Positions 13,095 through 26,850 of a DNA stretch of 64,000 nucleotides are shown here, one piece after another (the first letter of the stretch is position 1; each line of letters starts with the position of its first letter). Both the position numbers and the translations under genes were made by a program. The stretch lies in assembly GCF_035084215.1 (NCBI RefSeq), contig NC_090336.1, positions 39,060,001 to 39,124,000 of the forward strand, in the 5' to 3' direction. This stretch comes from Heptranchias perlo. Its lineage: Eukaryota. The notes under the pieces were generated by a model that worked only from the letters and a program-made list of their open reading frames with translations, was not told where the DNA came from and ran no database searches.

Positions 13095-13410
13095 CTAGTG
13101 AGCTGATGAGTTGCACAGACCAGGAAAGTCCCTTTCCTGCGCTGAGTTAGCTGATTTCACCCATGATTGCAACTGGGGTGGTCCTCAATGCCCCTGAATT
13201 AGGAAGGGGCAAAATCTCTCATGGTTCTCACTCCTAATTGCTATTTGTGCCAGAATTGTGTGTGTGTTCGTGCATGCGTTCGTGTGTGTTTGCGCGTGAA
13301 TGTTAGGAGAACTTCTGCTAAAGTCAAATAGCCTACTCACAGCCACTGTCAAGGCACAGTGTTTGTGGAGCAGTACCCCAGCATGGAGTTGACGCCTTCA
13401 TGGGAGAAGG
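13095..13410 (+). mobile_element. Old tRNA-like SINE remnant (related pieces at 30670-30832 minus and 32530-32594 plus)
   Basis: Shared 'accagga(a)gtccc...gctgagttagctgat...cctcaatgcccctg...ggaagggg.aaaatc' between copies. Confidence 0.45.
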
Positions 13411-13761
13411 GGGGAAAAGTGGATAAAATTGGGAGAGAAAGAAATGTGTAAATATGGTGGATGTTCACTTCCTGAAAGCAGAGTGTGTGTTCTATCAAAT
13501 GGAAGAATGACAGAAAAGTTAAATAGCAGTTCTTTAGGCACCTGAGTGATGTTCACCATATACAGTATGAGCCATATTTGATCATTTCTAAAACATAAAT
13601 ATCGTCAACAGATTATTAACTGTGCAATTGCAGCGCATAGCAAGACACGAGAATGAGTTAACAGCTACATTTAGATCATGTGGAATAAGTTGTCATTTTG
13701 TAGGCGCCTTATGTGCACTAGCACTGGAATTTAACAAACTGCCTGGCACAAAATATGTCAT

Positions 13762-14522
13762 GGGCTGGATTTTGCTGTGAGCGGCGAATGAATGGGCCGA
13801 GCCATTCGTTAGACTTGCACCTGCCCGTAGACTTTCTGTGGGATTTTTGCACGACAAGTTCCTCTAAATTAGAGATCTATTCAGCGCGGCGCCCTCTACA
13901 GGGCATCTGGGACCTGTGTGAACAGGGCAAGCAGCTGTGTATCTCCTTAACCAATCAGATTGAAGAATCGTTAATGAGCAGCACAGAGCCCAAACCAGGA
14001 AGTGTAAGTTAGAATAGTGAATTCAATGTCAAGTCAGGTGCAGTAAGCGAAATAAAGAGAGGCAAAAAAAGATTGGATTAAGAGACAGAGATAAAAGAGA
14101 CAAAGAAAAAAATGTTTTAGTTACATTTTTTAAAATATCCAACAATAATTAAAAGCTGAAGGAATGAGACTCTACATTTTTAAAAGTTAATTTTCAGTGC
14201 CAGAGAGGTTGTTTGGCAGTAATTAAGACTTACCACGCTGTTAAAAGGATGTTTAGACTGGAATGGACAAGGCCTAACTTTTTTTGGCAAGTTTGATCTG
14301 TATCTATAAGGTAATTACAGGAACTTCACGCCGCTGGCGAGCCAGACAGCGAGATGCTGTTTTCATGCAGCTTTTGGAGGAGCATCGCATCTTGGACAGC
14401 AACTTCCGGATTTCCGCATTTACCTGCGCATGTGCCGTCACTGGAAGTTACTGGCTGATTTGCACATAAATAACGGTGAGTGCTCTTAGCCTCACCGTTA
14501 TTTTTACAGTAAAATCCGGCCC
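13762..14522. mobile_element. Non-autonomous PIF/Harbinger-type MITE
   Basis: TIRs gggctggattttgctgt / acagtaaaatccggccc, 3-bp TSD CAT on both sides (13759-13761, 14523-14525), no coding capacity. Confidence 0.8.
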
Positions 14523-16134
14523 CATGTTTATGTGTCTAAAAATAATGGTATTACCTGTGCACAAAAATAAAAGTGAGTTTACTCTGTGAATATATCCTTG
14601 GGCTGGGTATCAATTGGAGGGGTTAGTAATGTGCAGCAACAATTTTAGCTCTTCTGCATTTCTCCTGATGTTTTTCTGTATCAGTGATAGGGTGGAGAAA
14701 GCAATATGAACTGACTATGGAAAGGAAAGATAACATCATCCTAATATCATATTTGACGGTCAATCAGCTCCCCCCCCCCCCCAGCCCGTACCTCATGTGG
14801 GACACACATAAATGCACATTTGCATTCTCTGGATGTCATAATGGGTCGGTGATGATATAATTCACTCCACGTATAGATAAGTCTCTGATACAGGCTAGGT
14901 GCAAAGAAAAACTCCCTTTACAATGGTCAAAAGAAGGACCTAACCCCCAACCACAGAAGAGTGTCCCCTACTGCACATGTGGGAGTTACACATTTTTAAC
15001 ACCAATTTCAACATAGGTAGGGTTAATAGCATTAAAGAAACTGGCAATCTATAATTTTGAAATTAAAGTAGGTAACCAATGTGGCTAATTTCAGAACCTC
15101 CTGCAGTGCTAAATTTAGAACGTCAAAAGCATTCACAACATGATTAAGAAATAAACTAATCTTAATATTCTATTCATTTACTTAATCGAATGCCCAGGCT
15201 GGGTGATTGTAGTCACCCACTCAAATTCTGTTCTCAAAATGCTTTGTTAGAACATTCTTGTAGTTGCTCAGCAACAGAGCAGCAATTGACAGTAACATCA
15301 AAACAGTGTGCTTTTTAAATGTTATATTCATACTGTAAATGTATTAGTGGTGAGTACATTAAGAATGTGTGAATACAGTGAAGTGTTGAATTCCTATAGG
15401 CTGGTGAGTATGTATTTTGCCAAATACCAAGAAAAAGCCTATCCAAAAAGGACCACAAAAATGTATTAGCATAATAGGATTTAGAGGATTTTCCCCCATT
15501 TAGCAGTATCCAGTATAGTAAACAAGGTACATATATTTTTACAGTTCTATACAGAACTTGGCAAAAAGCAGCCTTATGGAGTCTAAGGGACTTGAAAAAT
15601 CTGGACACTGGCATAGAAACACAGTGCATTTCAAATTTGAAACATGAAAGGGAGTTGGGCACACAAATTTAGAAAACCTATGTGAAGGAACATGCTTCGT
15701 ATATTAGACGGGATAAATTATTTCTTCAAAAAGCTTTAAATCTTAGAATTAATGCACTCTTTCGCAAAGTTTTATTTTAATATATTAGATATATTTTAAA
15801 ATCTTTATTCCGTCCCATCCACCTGTTTAAGTCCTTTCATAGGCCACATGTGATTCCCTGCCTCAGAGGGCATGCAATGGTTGGGAACTGTGAGATGTGA
15901 AGAGACCTGACGGTTTCTCATTGAATATAAGGAAGTGTTTGGCCTCATTTTGCTACTTCCCCATGCAGTTTGATGCACTCTAGTTTTACGATACATTTAA
16001 CAGCCTTCAAGCTTCAGTTTTCAGACCGTTCCAGTATCCCTGCAGGTACTCTAGATTTGAAGAGTCAAAGCTCAGGAAACGTTCCCAGAATGTGAAATAA
16101 AAAGAAGAGAACTACAAATAGTGGAAATTTGGCG

Positions 16135-16345
16135 TAAAAACGGAAAATGGTAGAGCTGCTCTGCATTTCCCTCAGTATCTGTGACGAGAAAAAGACAGGT
16201 TTACATTTTGGGTATAGGATGTTCATCTGACTGTCAGAATTAATTTGATTTCTGACAAAGGATCTACACCCGAAACAATAAGCCACCTTTTCTCTTTACA
16301 AATGCTGACAGATCATCAGTGTATTTCTCAAATTCCCTGCTTTTA
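16135..16345. mobile_element. Old fold-back element with decayed hammerhead core (family B)
   Basis: Imperfect inverted arms 'taaaaacggaaaatg...atctgtgacgagaaaaag' / 'cttttctctttacaaatgctgac...ctgctttta'; core 'ctgacaaaggatctacacccgaaac' at 16252-16276. Homologous to 52229-52409. Confidence 0.6.
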
Positions 16346-16671
16346 ATCCTATAATGTAGGATTATGTCAACCAGTATTTATGAATTGGTGGCAGCACATT
16401 TTCCATTGGCTGTATTTGTTGTGCAAAATCTGTGAAGTCAGCCCCCCACCATCCAAATTTATAATTGAATTTCATAGCCTTGTACACTGAGTTCAGAAAA
16501 TATTTAAGTTTCAATGTTGATGTTTGTTGGGGTACCTCCCTGCCCTCATTCACCTCATGGTTGTTACTGAGATGCTGTTTGTACAGAATAGATGCCATAT
16601 TTGCCTATAAAACTGCATTTCAAAAGTATTGATCCCTTTGAGTTGTTTCAATGTGAAAGTAAACCACATTC

Positions 16672-17140
16672 ATTATAATCCAGCTTTAGAGAGGAAAAAA
16701 AAACACAACAACTATAGTCCAGCTTTAGAGAGAGAGAAAACCACACAAACTTATAGTCCAGCTTTAGAGAGAGAAAACTACACAAACTATAGCCCAGCTT
16801 TAGAGGGAGAGAAAACTACACAAACTATAGCCCAGCTTTAGAGAGAGAGAAAACCACACAAACTATAGCCCAGCTTTAGAGAGAGAGAAAACTACACAAA
16901 CTATAGCCCAGCTTTAGAGAGAGAGAAAACCACACAAACTATAGCCCAGGTTTAGAACTACCTCACAAACTATGCTCTGGTTTTAAAGAAAGAGAGAGAG
17001 AATTGCACTAACTATAGTCCAGCTTTAGGGAGAGAACCTCAGTGGCTATTGTCCAATTTTAGGAGGAGAGAACTGAATTAACTGCTGTCCAGCTTTATTG
17101 AGACAAGAAAACTGACACACCCTTCTCCAGTTTTAGAGAG
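16672..17140 (+). repeat. Minisatellite, ~36-40 bp unit, about 12 copies decaying toward the 3' side
   Basis: Unit 'aactatagcccagctttagagagagagaaaac(c/t)acaca'. Confidence 0.95.
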
Positions 17141-19934
17141 AATGAGAATAACCTTACTATCCTGAGCTGTCAATGCTGGATGAATCCTAGCTGTGGGATT
17201 TTCAGTTGCAAGTTGCATACCTGAGGTGTAACCTTTTACCTAAAATATAAATATGTGGCTAAGAACAACAAACTACATTTGTCACATGGGCTAGAAAGGA
17301 TGGCCAAGTGGTTTTAATATATTATCTTCTCTCCCCTTTTTTATTCTTTTTCCCTTTCTTTCTATTCTTTTTCTCTTTTACCCTATCCCTCTTCACATCC
17401 AGTCTGGCTATGAGGTGTGGAAAAGTTTTCCCCTGCCTGCTTTCATTGGAGAGTGATAGAAACAAAGAACAGGCATGGAGGCACATATATGCCAGAATTC
17501 ATAGCAGTTATGCAAGTCCTCTATTAAAACCATTGGGGCTACTTTTTATTAGACTTTTGCTACCACAATAAATGCAGTGATACCTTGCTTTCTCTCACGT
17601 TGCATTCTGCATGACCTCCCAGATTCTGCAGTTGAGGTCCAGTCTTGAGACAGGAGATCATGCAGAACTCAGGAGAGTCGTTGACTTGTTCACATATGTG
17701 CAGCTTTGGGGACAGAGAGCGTAAGCAAATCTCTTCCAGAGCACAAGGCATTTTTTTCTGTAAAATGTAGGAAAGTTTCCCTTCCATGTACAAGAGAAAG
17801 GGAAGGATATGAGGAATGTTTCAAATGTAGAATACTCTGCCAGAATAAGCAAGTAAAAAAAAGTCATTTAAAAAAAAAATATATATTTTGTTGGAAATGT
17901 TCAGATTTTATTTAATTTCCAATCTCTAAACTCAGCAGGGACCCGACATCAGCCACATGACCCATCAGCAAGTTTCTCCATTAATGTGCAATGCTGATTG
18001 ACATCAGTTCCAATTCTAATCACCAATTTGGGAAGCAGTTGGCCTGGAATTTTTCAAATTTAAATTTCCTATACCCACAGCTGAGCTTTTATAATATTTA
18101 CAGTTTTTTATTGAGTTTTCCCAAATGTTGGCATTAACAGCTGACTTAAATGAAACATCTGATTTTGAGGTGCTTTCAGCAGCATTTGACATTGTAGGGA
18201 ACTCCGTTAATCCTTGATGATCTGCCAGCATTGTGTTATTGCTAAATCAGTCAGTTTCACTCTTCTTTTGTTGCTTTTGGTAGTTGTGGATTGTCTGAGT
18301 TCAGTGAAATATTGCTTTAATAAAACAAGCAGATTTCTGGACTCTCAGTGCTGCTGTTTTCACCTGGGCCTGAGCCGATGAATTTTTCTGATTTCTTTAG
18401 TAGTTCACATTTGTTAATCTTATAACTTCGTATAATGGAAAGGAAGAGGACTGGCCAGGAAAGCAGCTCACTCCACAAGCACCAGTGTTCTAGCTATTAT
18501 ATCAACACTGGTGCTCTGTTAGATCGAGATTTTATATCTTACCCAGTGACAGATTCAAGAACAATAATAAAACAAACTGCCCTACCACCTGCCCACACTG
18601 AAGCTTATCTCTAAGGATACCATTTCTGTCTCGCATGCACATTCCATATGGGCGAGCAATTTCTTTCACATGTCTTTACTTCTGCCTTGGTACAACTCAA
18701 AAGTAAACACTCTGTCTCCCACGCAGTGATATACTAATAAGATTTTTGAACATCTCAATCAATGCAACCATTTGGATAATACATCAGCACCTGTTGTTCT
18801 TCCTGCCATCATTGCATAAAAACTGCTTTTTATTATTCCTTTTCTTTGTGCTTGAAACAATTGAGAATGACCAAAAACTTATGGTAGTGGTTTCCAGAGC
18901 ATGTGGGCCATTATGTGAACTGACCATAGGTGCAATCTAGTTGCATGAGTTCTGCCTTATTTAACAATTGTCATTTGAAGGTGTGCTTGACATGAGTGTG
19001 ATCAATTGCATATCTTACCAAAAGCAGAGAGGGGCCTGAGAGGCATCACTTTTTAAGAAGGACATAACAAGGACCCATTCAACAGCTCTAAATATCTACC
19101 CCTGTGCTATTTTGACCTATCATTTGTTCCCATGGTTATGCCGTTGATTGGTAAAATGATACTTTGAATTCCAGTATTACTGCACCATCGAATGTTGCAT
19201 TCCTCTGACAGAAGGCTCTTTATACATGATACAATCTGATCCGTGATACCTGTTGCTATTATCAGACTCAGTCATTGCAATTATACTAAACTAAAAGGTA
19301 CAAAATCAAAAAAAAATTGTGCATAAAAAATTCCCACAGCCTTTTTTCTAATTATTCATAAATATCTATATTTTTCTTTAATTTACATTTTTTCACACAC
19401 TGTCTGCCACAATTGGCTCGCCCGCTACCACATTCTACCAGAATCCTTCTATCACCCTCTGTTGTCAACATGACTGAGGCCATATCATTAATCAATCTTT
19501 GCTGGTCCGGCTAATGAAAACATAGCTAAGTTGTAAGCACTCCGAAAGCATCTTATTGTAATAAAATATGAAACTGCTTTTTCAAATAAATTAAGGTGTG
19601 ATAAAAATGAAGCCTTTTTGTCTATGATGGATTATTATTGGATTAATTCTAGCTGGTTACAGCAATATAGGGTTAAAACTGATTAATGCTATCTATTTCT
19701 GAAAGCTGCAGAAAACGAACATTACAGTCTGGTACGCCAAAGGCACTGATGTGCATGGTTGTTTGCTAGCCATTTTCCTTGGATGATAACTCATCTTGCA
19801 GATTATTCAAAGTGCTTGGAACAGATCAGTGGAGTTCTCAGGAAGAAGGCAAGCCATTCCATTCAATTACAGGACTCCTGTAAATGTCTGACCATTCATT
19901 CATTGGCAGTGCTTTGGGACAGTCAAAAAAGTAT

Positions 19935-20293
19935 TTTTGAAGTGTAGTTATTATTGTAATGTAGGCAAATGCAGCAGCCAATTTGCATACAGCAAAGTCC
20001 CACGAACAGCAATGAGATAAATTACTAGATAATTGTTTTTTTTTGGTAGTGTTGGTTGAGGTATAAATGTAGACTGGGAGAACTCCCCTTCCCTTCTCTT
20101 TGGATAGTGCCATGGGAGTGCAGACAGGATCTTAGTTTAATATCTCACCTGAAAAATGGCAACTTCGACAGTGTTGCACTCCCTCAGCACTACATCAAAG
20201 AGTCAGCCTAGATTATGGGCTCAAGTGTCTGGAGTGGGGCTTGAACACACAAACTTCTGACTCAGAGGTAAGAGTGCTACCACTGAGCCAAGG
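19935..20293 (-). mobile_element. Deu-domain SINE (SacSINE1-like), near full length
   Basis: The minus strand reads tRNA head (ttggctcagtggtagcac...gttcaagcccc), then a Deu-like core 'cccatggcactat...gagttctccc...attgctgttcgtgggactttgctgt', then tail 'cacttcaaaa'. Confidence 0.85.
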
Positions 20294-21624
20294 TTGACAC
20301 TTTTGAGGCTGACTTTATCATAAAGTCCATTACTGTTACATATGTAACTGTTCTTTCCTTTTATCTTTTTAAATAGTTTTCTTCAGCTCTCTGTTACAGC
20401 CTTGTCAGGTTGACCATAGAAATAAACAATCTCCCTAAGAAAGGGAGCTATCTGCATGAGTGATGAACGAAAATCCGTAGTCTCCAGTTAACTGAATAGA
20501 AGTGTCTAATATGAAGGCTGAATCAATATATAGCTTGCCTGTAAAAACTGCAACCATGCATGGATAAATTAGTGGCTTGTCAATTGTGAAAGGTTAAATT
20601 TTATTACGAACCATTGTTTAGTTCTCCTTCACTTGTTCTGTTTTATTAAAATCTACACTCTACTGCCTGCAGGAAGCATGTCAGAAGTGGCCTGATTAGA
20701 CCTGTTTGGCCGCTTTAGTTTATGCTGGATCAAACTTCATATATTGTAACAACAAAGCTCCTTTAATTGGGCAATAAAATAACTGACAAATATTTTTTGC
20801 CACTCTTGAAGGATCCCATTTTATAAGTTTATAAGATAAATGATGAAGATCCATGGATATGACTTACATCCCAAGAATGTCCTGACCTGATAATTCATGA
20901 ATGCCAACTGGAGAGTGAGTTATGGTCAACACCATGATTGGGACATAAAATAAAGCAAGCCATGGGGATCCATAGATTACAGACTGGTTCCATTGATATC
21001 ATCTGTATAAATTTGGAGTTGTCTTACACATCCATTCAATTTGTTGCAAAAAACAGGTGTGGAAATGACTTTTTTAATCAAGTATTGCCTTGAAATTGGG
21101 TTCTTTGAATATTAGCCTATGAATGCTTGGTGCATTCAATAAAATGCCTGTGCCTGGTATTTTAATGGAGGTATTCACCCATATATTTTAAATGGATTAA
21201 TATTTCTGTTAAAATAGTAGACACAGGAATTTCATACAAATGCATTAAGTATTTGCTAATATTTGAAGAGCCTAATTTCCAGCTACATGGATGGGATTGT
21301 AAATTTGTGTAAATATTTAATTATCCTGAAATTCATGTTATTGTAATTAGGAAATGTTATTTTCTTACCAAACACTGACTATTTTAGGTTATAAATGATA
21401 TTGTAAATGTCTGCCTCAGGCTCTTTAAATTAGCCTTCAATCTAATTTGATGTTTGTGATTTTTTAGGGTGACTCTTTACTTTGAACATAGAGTAGAAAA
21501 TAGATAGGAAGGAAGTGGGGGCTGCAAGGTGCCATTAACAATGAGCGCAGAGCTTGAACAGTTTAAATGTGACATCTGACTACTGGCCTGTGTTACTGTC
21601 TTTAATGGCCTCATGCTGATATGA

Positions 21625-22339
21625 AGGCCTCGATTTTCCTGCAACAGCAAGATCGGCAATTTTACACCATAAATTTCACTGTTCAGTGCGCTGATCTTGC
21701 CATCGATAACTGACTCCGTATTTTCCTGAATTTCTAATTAGAGTGTGCTGCAGCGAGCATAGTGGTGAATCAGAAGCTGTGCAGCCATTGGCTACTGTAC
21801 TTTCTATCACTCCATAGACGATTCCTCACACCTTTATTTAAAACTGTCCTGCCCATGCTTGGCTTTGTTTGCCATAGATTAAACATTTGTACACACATCG
21901 ATACGGAATTGTTGAATTGTCTTTTTTAGGCATTTATTTATTCTTGAGGGACCTTTTTAGATAAACAAAGTTGTGAAGTAGCAGATTAGCAACAATAAAT
22001 GCTTTTTAGAAAATAGCACATAGCAATGTTTAAGAACCTGCGTTTCAACAAGTCTCCCGATCAGCAAATACAGCAGTGTCCTGCTCGGCAACCCTATTAG
22101 CACGTCATTTAAATGTAATCAGAGAATGCACTCAAAGTCAATTAATCACACCGCTGCCAGTCTGTAGCGCTATCATTTTTAAATCTAAGTGGCATCGGCG
22201 TGAAAACTGGCGCTAATCATGGAAAATCGCAATCGCCGTTGATTGTAATGGGTCGGGTGGAGCTATGATGATTACCTTCTGACTGTTGTCAGCGACTGTA
22301 ACAGCAGAGCGACGCAAAAGTCCCAGGAAAAAATGGCTT
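21625..22339. mobile_element. Probable Harbinger-type MITE (degenerate TIRs)
   Basis: Ends 'aaggcctcgattttcctg' / 'caggaaaaaatggctt' with CpG-rich subterminal regions; TSD not clear. Confidence 0.4.
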
Positions 22340-23699
22340 GATGTAAGGAATGAAGTGGATCACTTATCCCAAAACAAAAAGAAATGTTCTGGATATCATT
22401 GAAAAAAAAACTCTGAAATTTCTCGTTATTCCACATGTTTTATATAATTCTCGCTGAGGAGGGTATTTCTATCTCTGAAATGGTAAAACATACTTGCTAT
22501 GACCTTGATTTGAATCAGGTGGTATACTGCATTATGTTATTCTTCAGCTCTGTTCTCCCTTACACTTCCAAATTTCTTTCTCCTATAGGTATTTTTAAGT
22601 TTTATAAAGAATACATGATTGTGTAGCAATGTCTTCTCAAACTGTGTCACATCTCGGGGATATCAGATGATGCAGATAAACTATGCAGGTTTCCTTACAT
22701 TACCTGAACCCTTTGACGTCTTATGGCCTGTGTACACTGTGACATTTTCCTGTAACATGCTCTGAAATAAATCTCAGGATCACTGCATTCTGAATGTGTG
22801 GTGCAAGTTCACTTCAATTTGAGTTGTATAATTAAATCACAGGAGCCTGCCATCGGTTCACAATGGAACTTCTCTCTCCTGGGCCGATTCTATTTTAAAT
22901 GATAGGCTACTTTCTCTATGTATATTGCAGAGAAAACATAGGTGGTAAGAATTTGTTTCAAGGCAGCAAAAGATTAAGGGGGGGGCAGAACACTTTATTA
23001 AAAAGCCAAGGCCTCCAACTTGGGGGCTTGTCAGATTATTTGCATGCCTAATATCTGGCTTTTGTGATACATTCCAGCCAATGAACTATCTTCCAGGTAA
23101 CACTCCTATCAATCTATATGGATGTGCAAAATCAAGTGATGGCAGTGCCGTTAGGAGCTATATCACTGATTTGATCTAATGGAAACACTGAGAAACTGCT
23201 TAGATAAATTGCTTAGGCTCATCCTTCTCGCTATAGGGATGAGCTGACGCACCTCAATGGGGAGCCGAGCTTGCAGGAAGCAAATTGAAGCAGACGAAGA
23301 TGGGGAGAGAGCAGAGCAGTGGGATTCATTTCTGATTATTCTAGCAAAGAGTCAGCATAGACGCGCTGATTGGCCTCCTTCTGTGCTGTGAGTCCCTGTG
23401 GTAACTGGCTCACTCTACTATATATGGGGGTAAGATATTTTCTGTGCTATGCTTAGCAAAATTCAAAATGCGTTCTTTAGAACCACATTCACAATTTTGC
23501 TGCACATAACATAGAAAGGAAATCTTATATATACTGCTTTTCATTCTCTTGATATGACCCAACCTGATCAGCTGACTGTCTATCTATAGATACCCTAATT
23601 TTCTACGTTCTATGTATTAACCAGCTCTCTATATAATAACCAGACCAATCTACCATCTATATGTATTAACCGAAGGCAATTTAGTTTTTCTAACACTTA

Positions 23700-24110
23700 A
23701 AGGAACTGGGTGATGCAGTAGATTAGACTTGGGCTTTTACCTCTGCCACCTGGGTTCAAATCCAGCTCGAGCTGATGGAATGGACGTCTCCTCTGTCTGC
23801 TACTTGTAAGGAACCTGTGTGAAATGAGTTTAGACATGGGCCTAAAGCACAAAATTGTCTCTAATTTGGCACTAATTAGCAATCTCCCTCAGAAGGGTAA
23901 GAATATGGCTGGTGTGGGAAATGGAAAAAATGGCACACTGTGCGGTAGGGGTGTTTGAGGTTGAGGCTGAAAAACGTTGTTGGAACAGAGTAGAGAGGCT
24001 TTACACCGCATCTGATTGTGCGATATCTGAGGTGGCAGAACTTGATGTTCACACTGGGTGCCTGAAATAGGAAGAATTCCACTTTCTAGCTCTAATATCC
24101 CTCAACTTGG
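23700..24110 (+). mobile_element. LF-SINE-like tRNA-derived SINE
   Basis: B-box 'ctgggttcaaatccagc', then 'cctgtgtgaaatgagtt' and 'cacaaaa...tttggcactaattagca', matching recalled LF-SINE consensus blocks in order. Confidence 0.55.
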
Positions 24111-25566
24111 TCTAAAAATTTAAGAGGGAAAAAAATTTCTGCCACTAATACGAACTTGAACTAGGGTAAATTCCTCAATTATAAATAATGTGAATTTACA
24201 CCATCTAACGTGAGCTCTTAATAAATGCCCCTTGTGATTATGATCTTTTTTGACAATTTGGCAAGTAAATGTGATCATATAGGGTGTGTCTAACTTGCGC
24301 TGTGTTCAGTATTGTTTTTATCTTAATCTAGTGCTCCCTCGGACTACCAGTATTTTTGTAATTTACTGTTTAGTTTGGTACATAAATTAACAGCGATTTC
24401 TGCTGCTAAAGAGTAAATCGTGCGATTTTTTGAAAAACGGATGGTTTTGTGCCAGCCATTGTTCGTAACTTCTTTTCGGATAAAAGTCCCCGATGTTCAA
24501 AACCTCCTTCGTTCTATTCCTAGTTACAGATCTCCAATCACTCATCATGTCACAGTAATTGCAGCAGAATGCTGGTGTCCATTTAGGCTGCTGTTAGCTC
24601 TAATAGTTATACATGCTTGCATTGCCCAGAGCTACAGCACTAATGAATTTGGGCTGCCAACTAGGAGGATGGGGGGGTTCCCATTTCAGTTTTGACTGAC
24701 AATCTCACTTAGGCTTCTTGTAGTGGCTGAGTTTTGCTCTGTAGCTGGGGGACGGAGGTTATACTGTTCTTTTCCTGCACCGCTCAGCAGTGCCTTCTGT
24801 TGGATTTATTCGGGGAGTACTGCCTGGAAGTAAAACTCTATTGTTCGTTTTCTTTGTACTTGAGACAGTTTAGGATGACCAAATTTATTCTAGCAGTCTT
24901 TAGAGTTTGTGGACCATTGTATGAACTGGCCCTAAATGCAATCTAGTAGCATGAGTTCTACTTTATTTACCATTAGTCATTTAAAGATATGGATGATCAT
25001 GGCTGGATCAAAGTTCCCTCTTTATCAAAAAGAGATAGTATCAACAGCAGAGAAGATTAGGAAGACAGGAAAATTGTAACTGCAAAAAATAATCATCTGC
25101 AGAATATAAGGGATGTATTCCTAAAAGGCTACTCCAAATCTTTGTGAATCTAGACAATGGGCTATAAATTGGGCCACGTAGTGCCCGTTTTCCAGGTGTT
25201 ACGCAGCCTCCAAAGGACCCGGAATGCGCGCACATGCTTCTAGCGTGACGTGCGCCAGACGCCATCTTGGTAAAGGCGTTTGCACATGTGCAGATAAAGA
25301 ACGCCGGCCGCATGTAAAATAAGGAGAACATGCATTAGAATATGCAGTAGACGGCCTGAAGGACCCCCCCTCCCCCACCAGCGCTAATCAAAGAGATCAT
25401 GCAGGTGTTGCAGGTTGGTTGTTTCTGGCTGCTGATACATTTGTATGTGTTTGTTGAAGCTTCCTATACTTGGAGAAAGTTGTATTATATAGAGAGTGGT
25501 CTGGCAGGTCCTGCATTACTGTTGGTGGCATTTACAACAGTGTGCTGAACAAGGTTTCTGCCAACC

Positions 25567-26663
25567 ATGGGTGGCTTGCTAGTGCTCCCGCTAGGCATCG
25601 AACACGACTGGGAGCATGCAGAGAGGCCACGCAGAGCAGGTCAAGCCGCGAGGAGACGCAGGGCACTGAGCAGGAGGCCATATCCAATGAGGGCTTTCAG
25701 GGACCAATTCTCTTACCTCAACGTGACCGAAGATCAGTGCATCCAACAGCTGTGGTTCATGAAAGAGGTTGCGACACAACTGCAGCCTCAGAGTGGGGCA
25801 AAGACAGCATTGCCTGTGGCTGTGAAGGTAAACGTTGCACTGAACTTTTACGGCTCCAGATCCTTTCAGGCCGCTGATGGTGATATGCGCAATATCTCGT
25901 AGTTTGCAGTGCACTGCTGCATAAGGGCAGTCACCGAAGCACTGTACGAGCTGTGCAACAGATTCACAACGTTCCCGCTTGACCGAGAGAAGCAGAATGA
26001 GCGAGCACGAGGGTTTGCTCGCATTGTAGGCTTCCCCATGGTACAGGGTGCCATTGACTGTACGCACATTGCCATGTGTGCTCCACATCTCAACTCGGCC
26101 ATCTTTATGAACAGAAAGGGGTTCCACTCCCTCAATGTGCAGCTGGTGTGTGACCACATGCAGCGCATCATGGAGGTCAATGCCCGCTACCCTGGCAGCA
26201 ATCATGACGCCTTCATTCTGCAGCAGTCCAACGTCCCAGCATAGCAAGTCAAAGGCTGGCTACTGGGCGACACGGGCTAGCCCCTCATGAGGTAGCTCAT
26301 GACTCCAGTCAGGAACGCACGCACACGTACACAGCAGGCCTACAATGAGAGCCATGCGGCCACACGTAACGTCATCGAGCACACCATAGACATGTTAAAG
26401 AAACTTTCCTGCTGCCTGGACCGTTCTGGAGGAGCCCTGCAGTACTCAGCTGAATGGGTGTCAAGATTCGTCGTTGCATGCTGCATGACCTCGCCCTTAT
26501 GAGAGGACAGCCCGTGCTGCCACCTATCCAGCAAGACCCTGAGCCAGAGGAAGAGGAAGTGGAGGAAGAGACGGAGGAGGAAGTGGAGGATGAGGCAAGG
26601 TGGCAACAAGGTGCACAGACCCTGTCTGCCAGGGCTTTGTGTGCTCACCTTATTAATGAGTGA
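25567..26663 (+). pseudogene. Harbinger (HARBI1-like) DDE transposase pseudogene
   Basis: Motifs GFPMVQGAIDCTHIA, NRKGFHSLNVQLVCD, ARYPGSNHDAFIL, LLGD-G, YNESHAATRNVIEHT and ACC, plus an acidic tail; several in-frame stops. Confidence 0.92.
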
Positions 26664-26850
26664 TATCAGTAACCTCAACGACACTTCCCAACTCACCAAC
26701 AGTCCTACACTCCTCACCATTCCTCTCCCACATGACCATCAAATCGTCCTCCTTATGATTACACATTGCTTCCTCCCTCAGCTCATCGCATAAATAAAAA
26801 CCACCACCAACTGCAACTTCAAATACAAATTCATAAACTTACACATGAAA

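Noticed and set aside
16672-17140. CRISPR-like periodic repeat
   Set aside because: There are no unique spacers and no cas genes, and the context is eukaryotic; it is a minisatellite.
18478-18515. 12-bp perfect inverted repeat (agcaccagtgtt/aacactggtgct) as pre-miRNA or terminator
   Set aside because: The stem is too short for a pre-miRNA and there is no other support.
25567-26663. Domesticated HARBI1 host gene
   Set aside because: Multiple stops, TIRs, a TSD and a linked Myb pseudogene show a decayed transposon.
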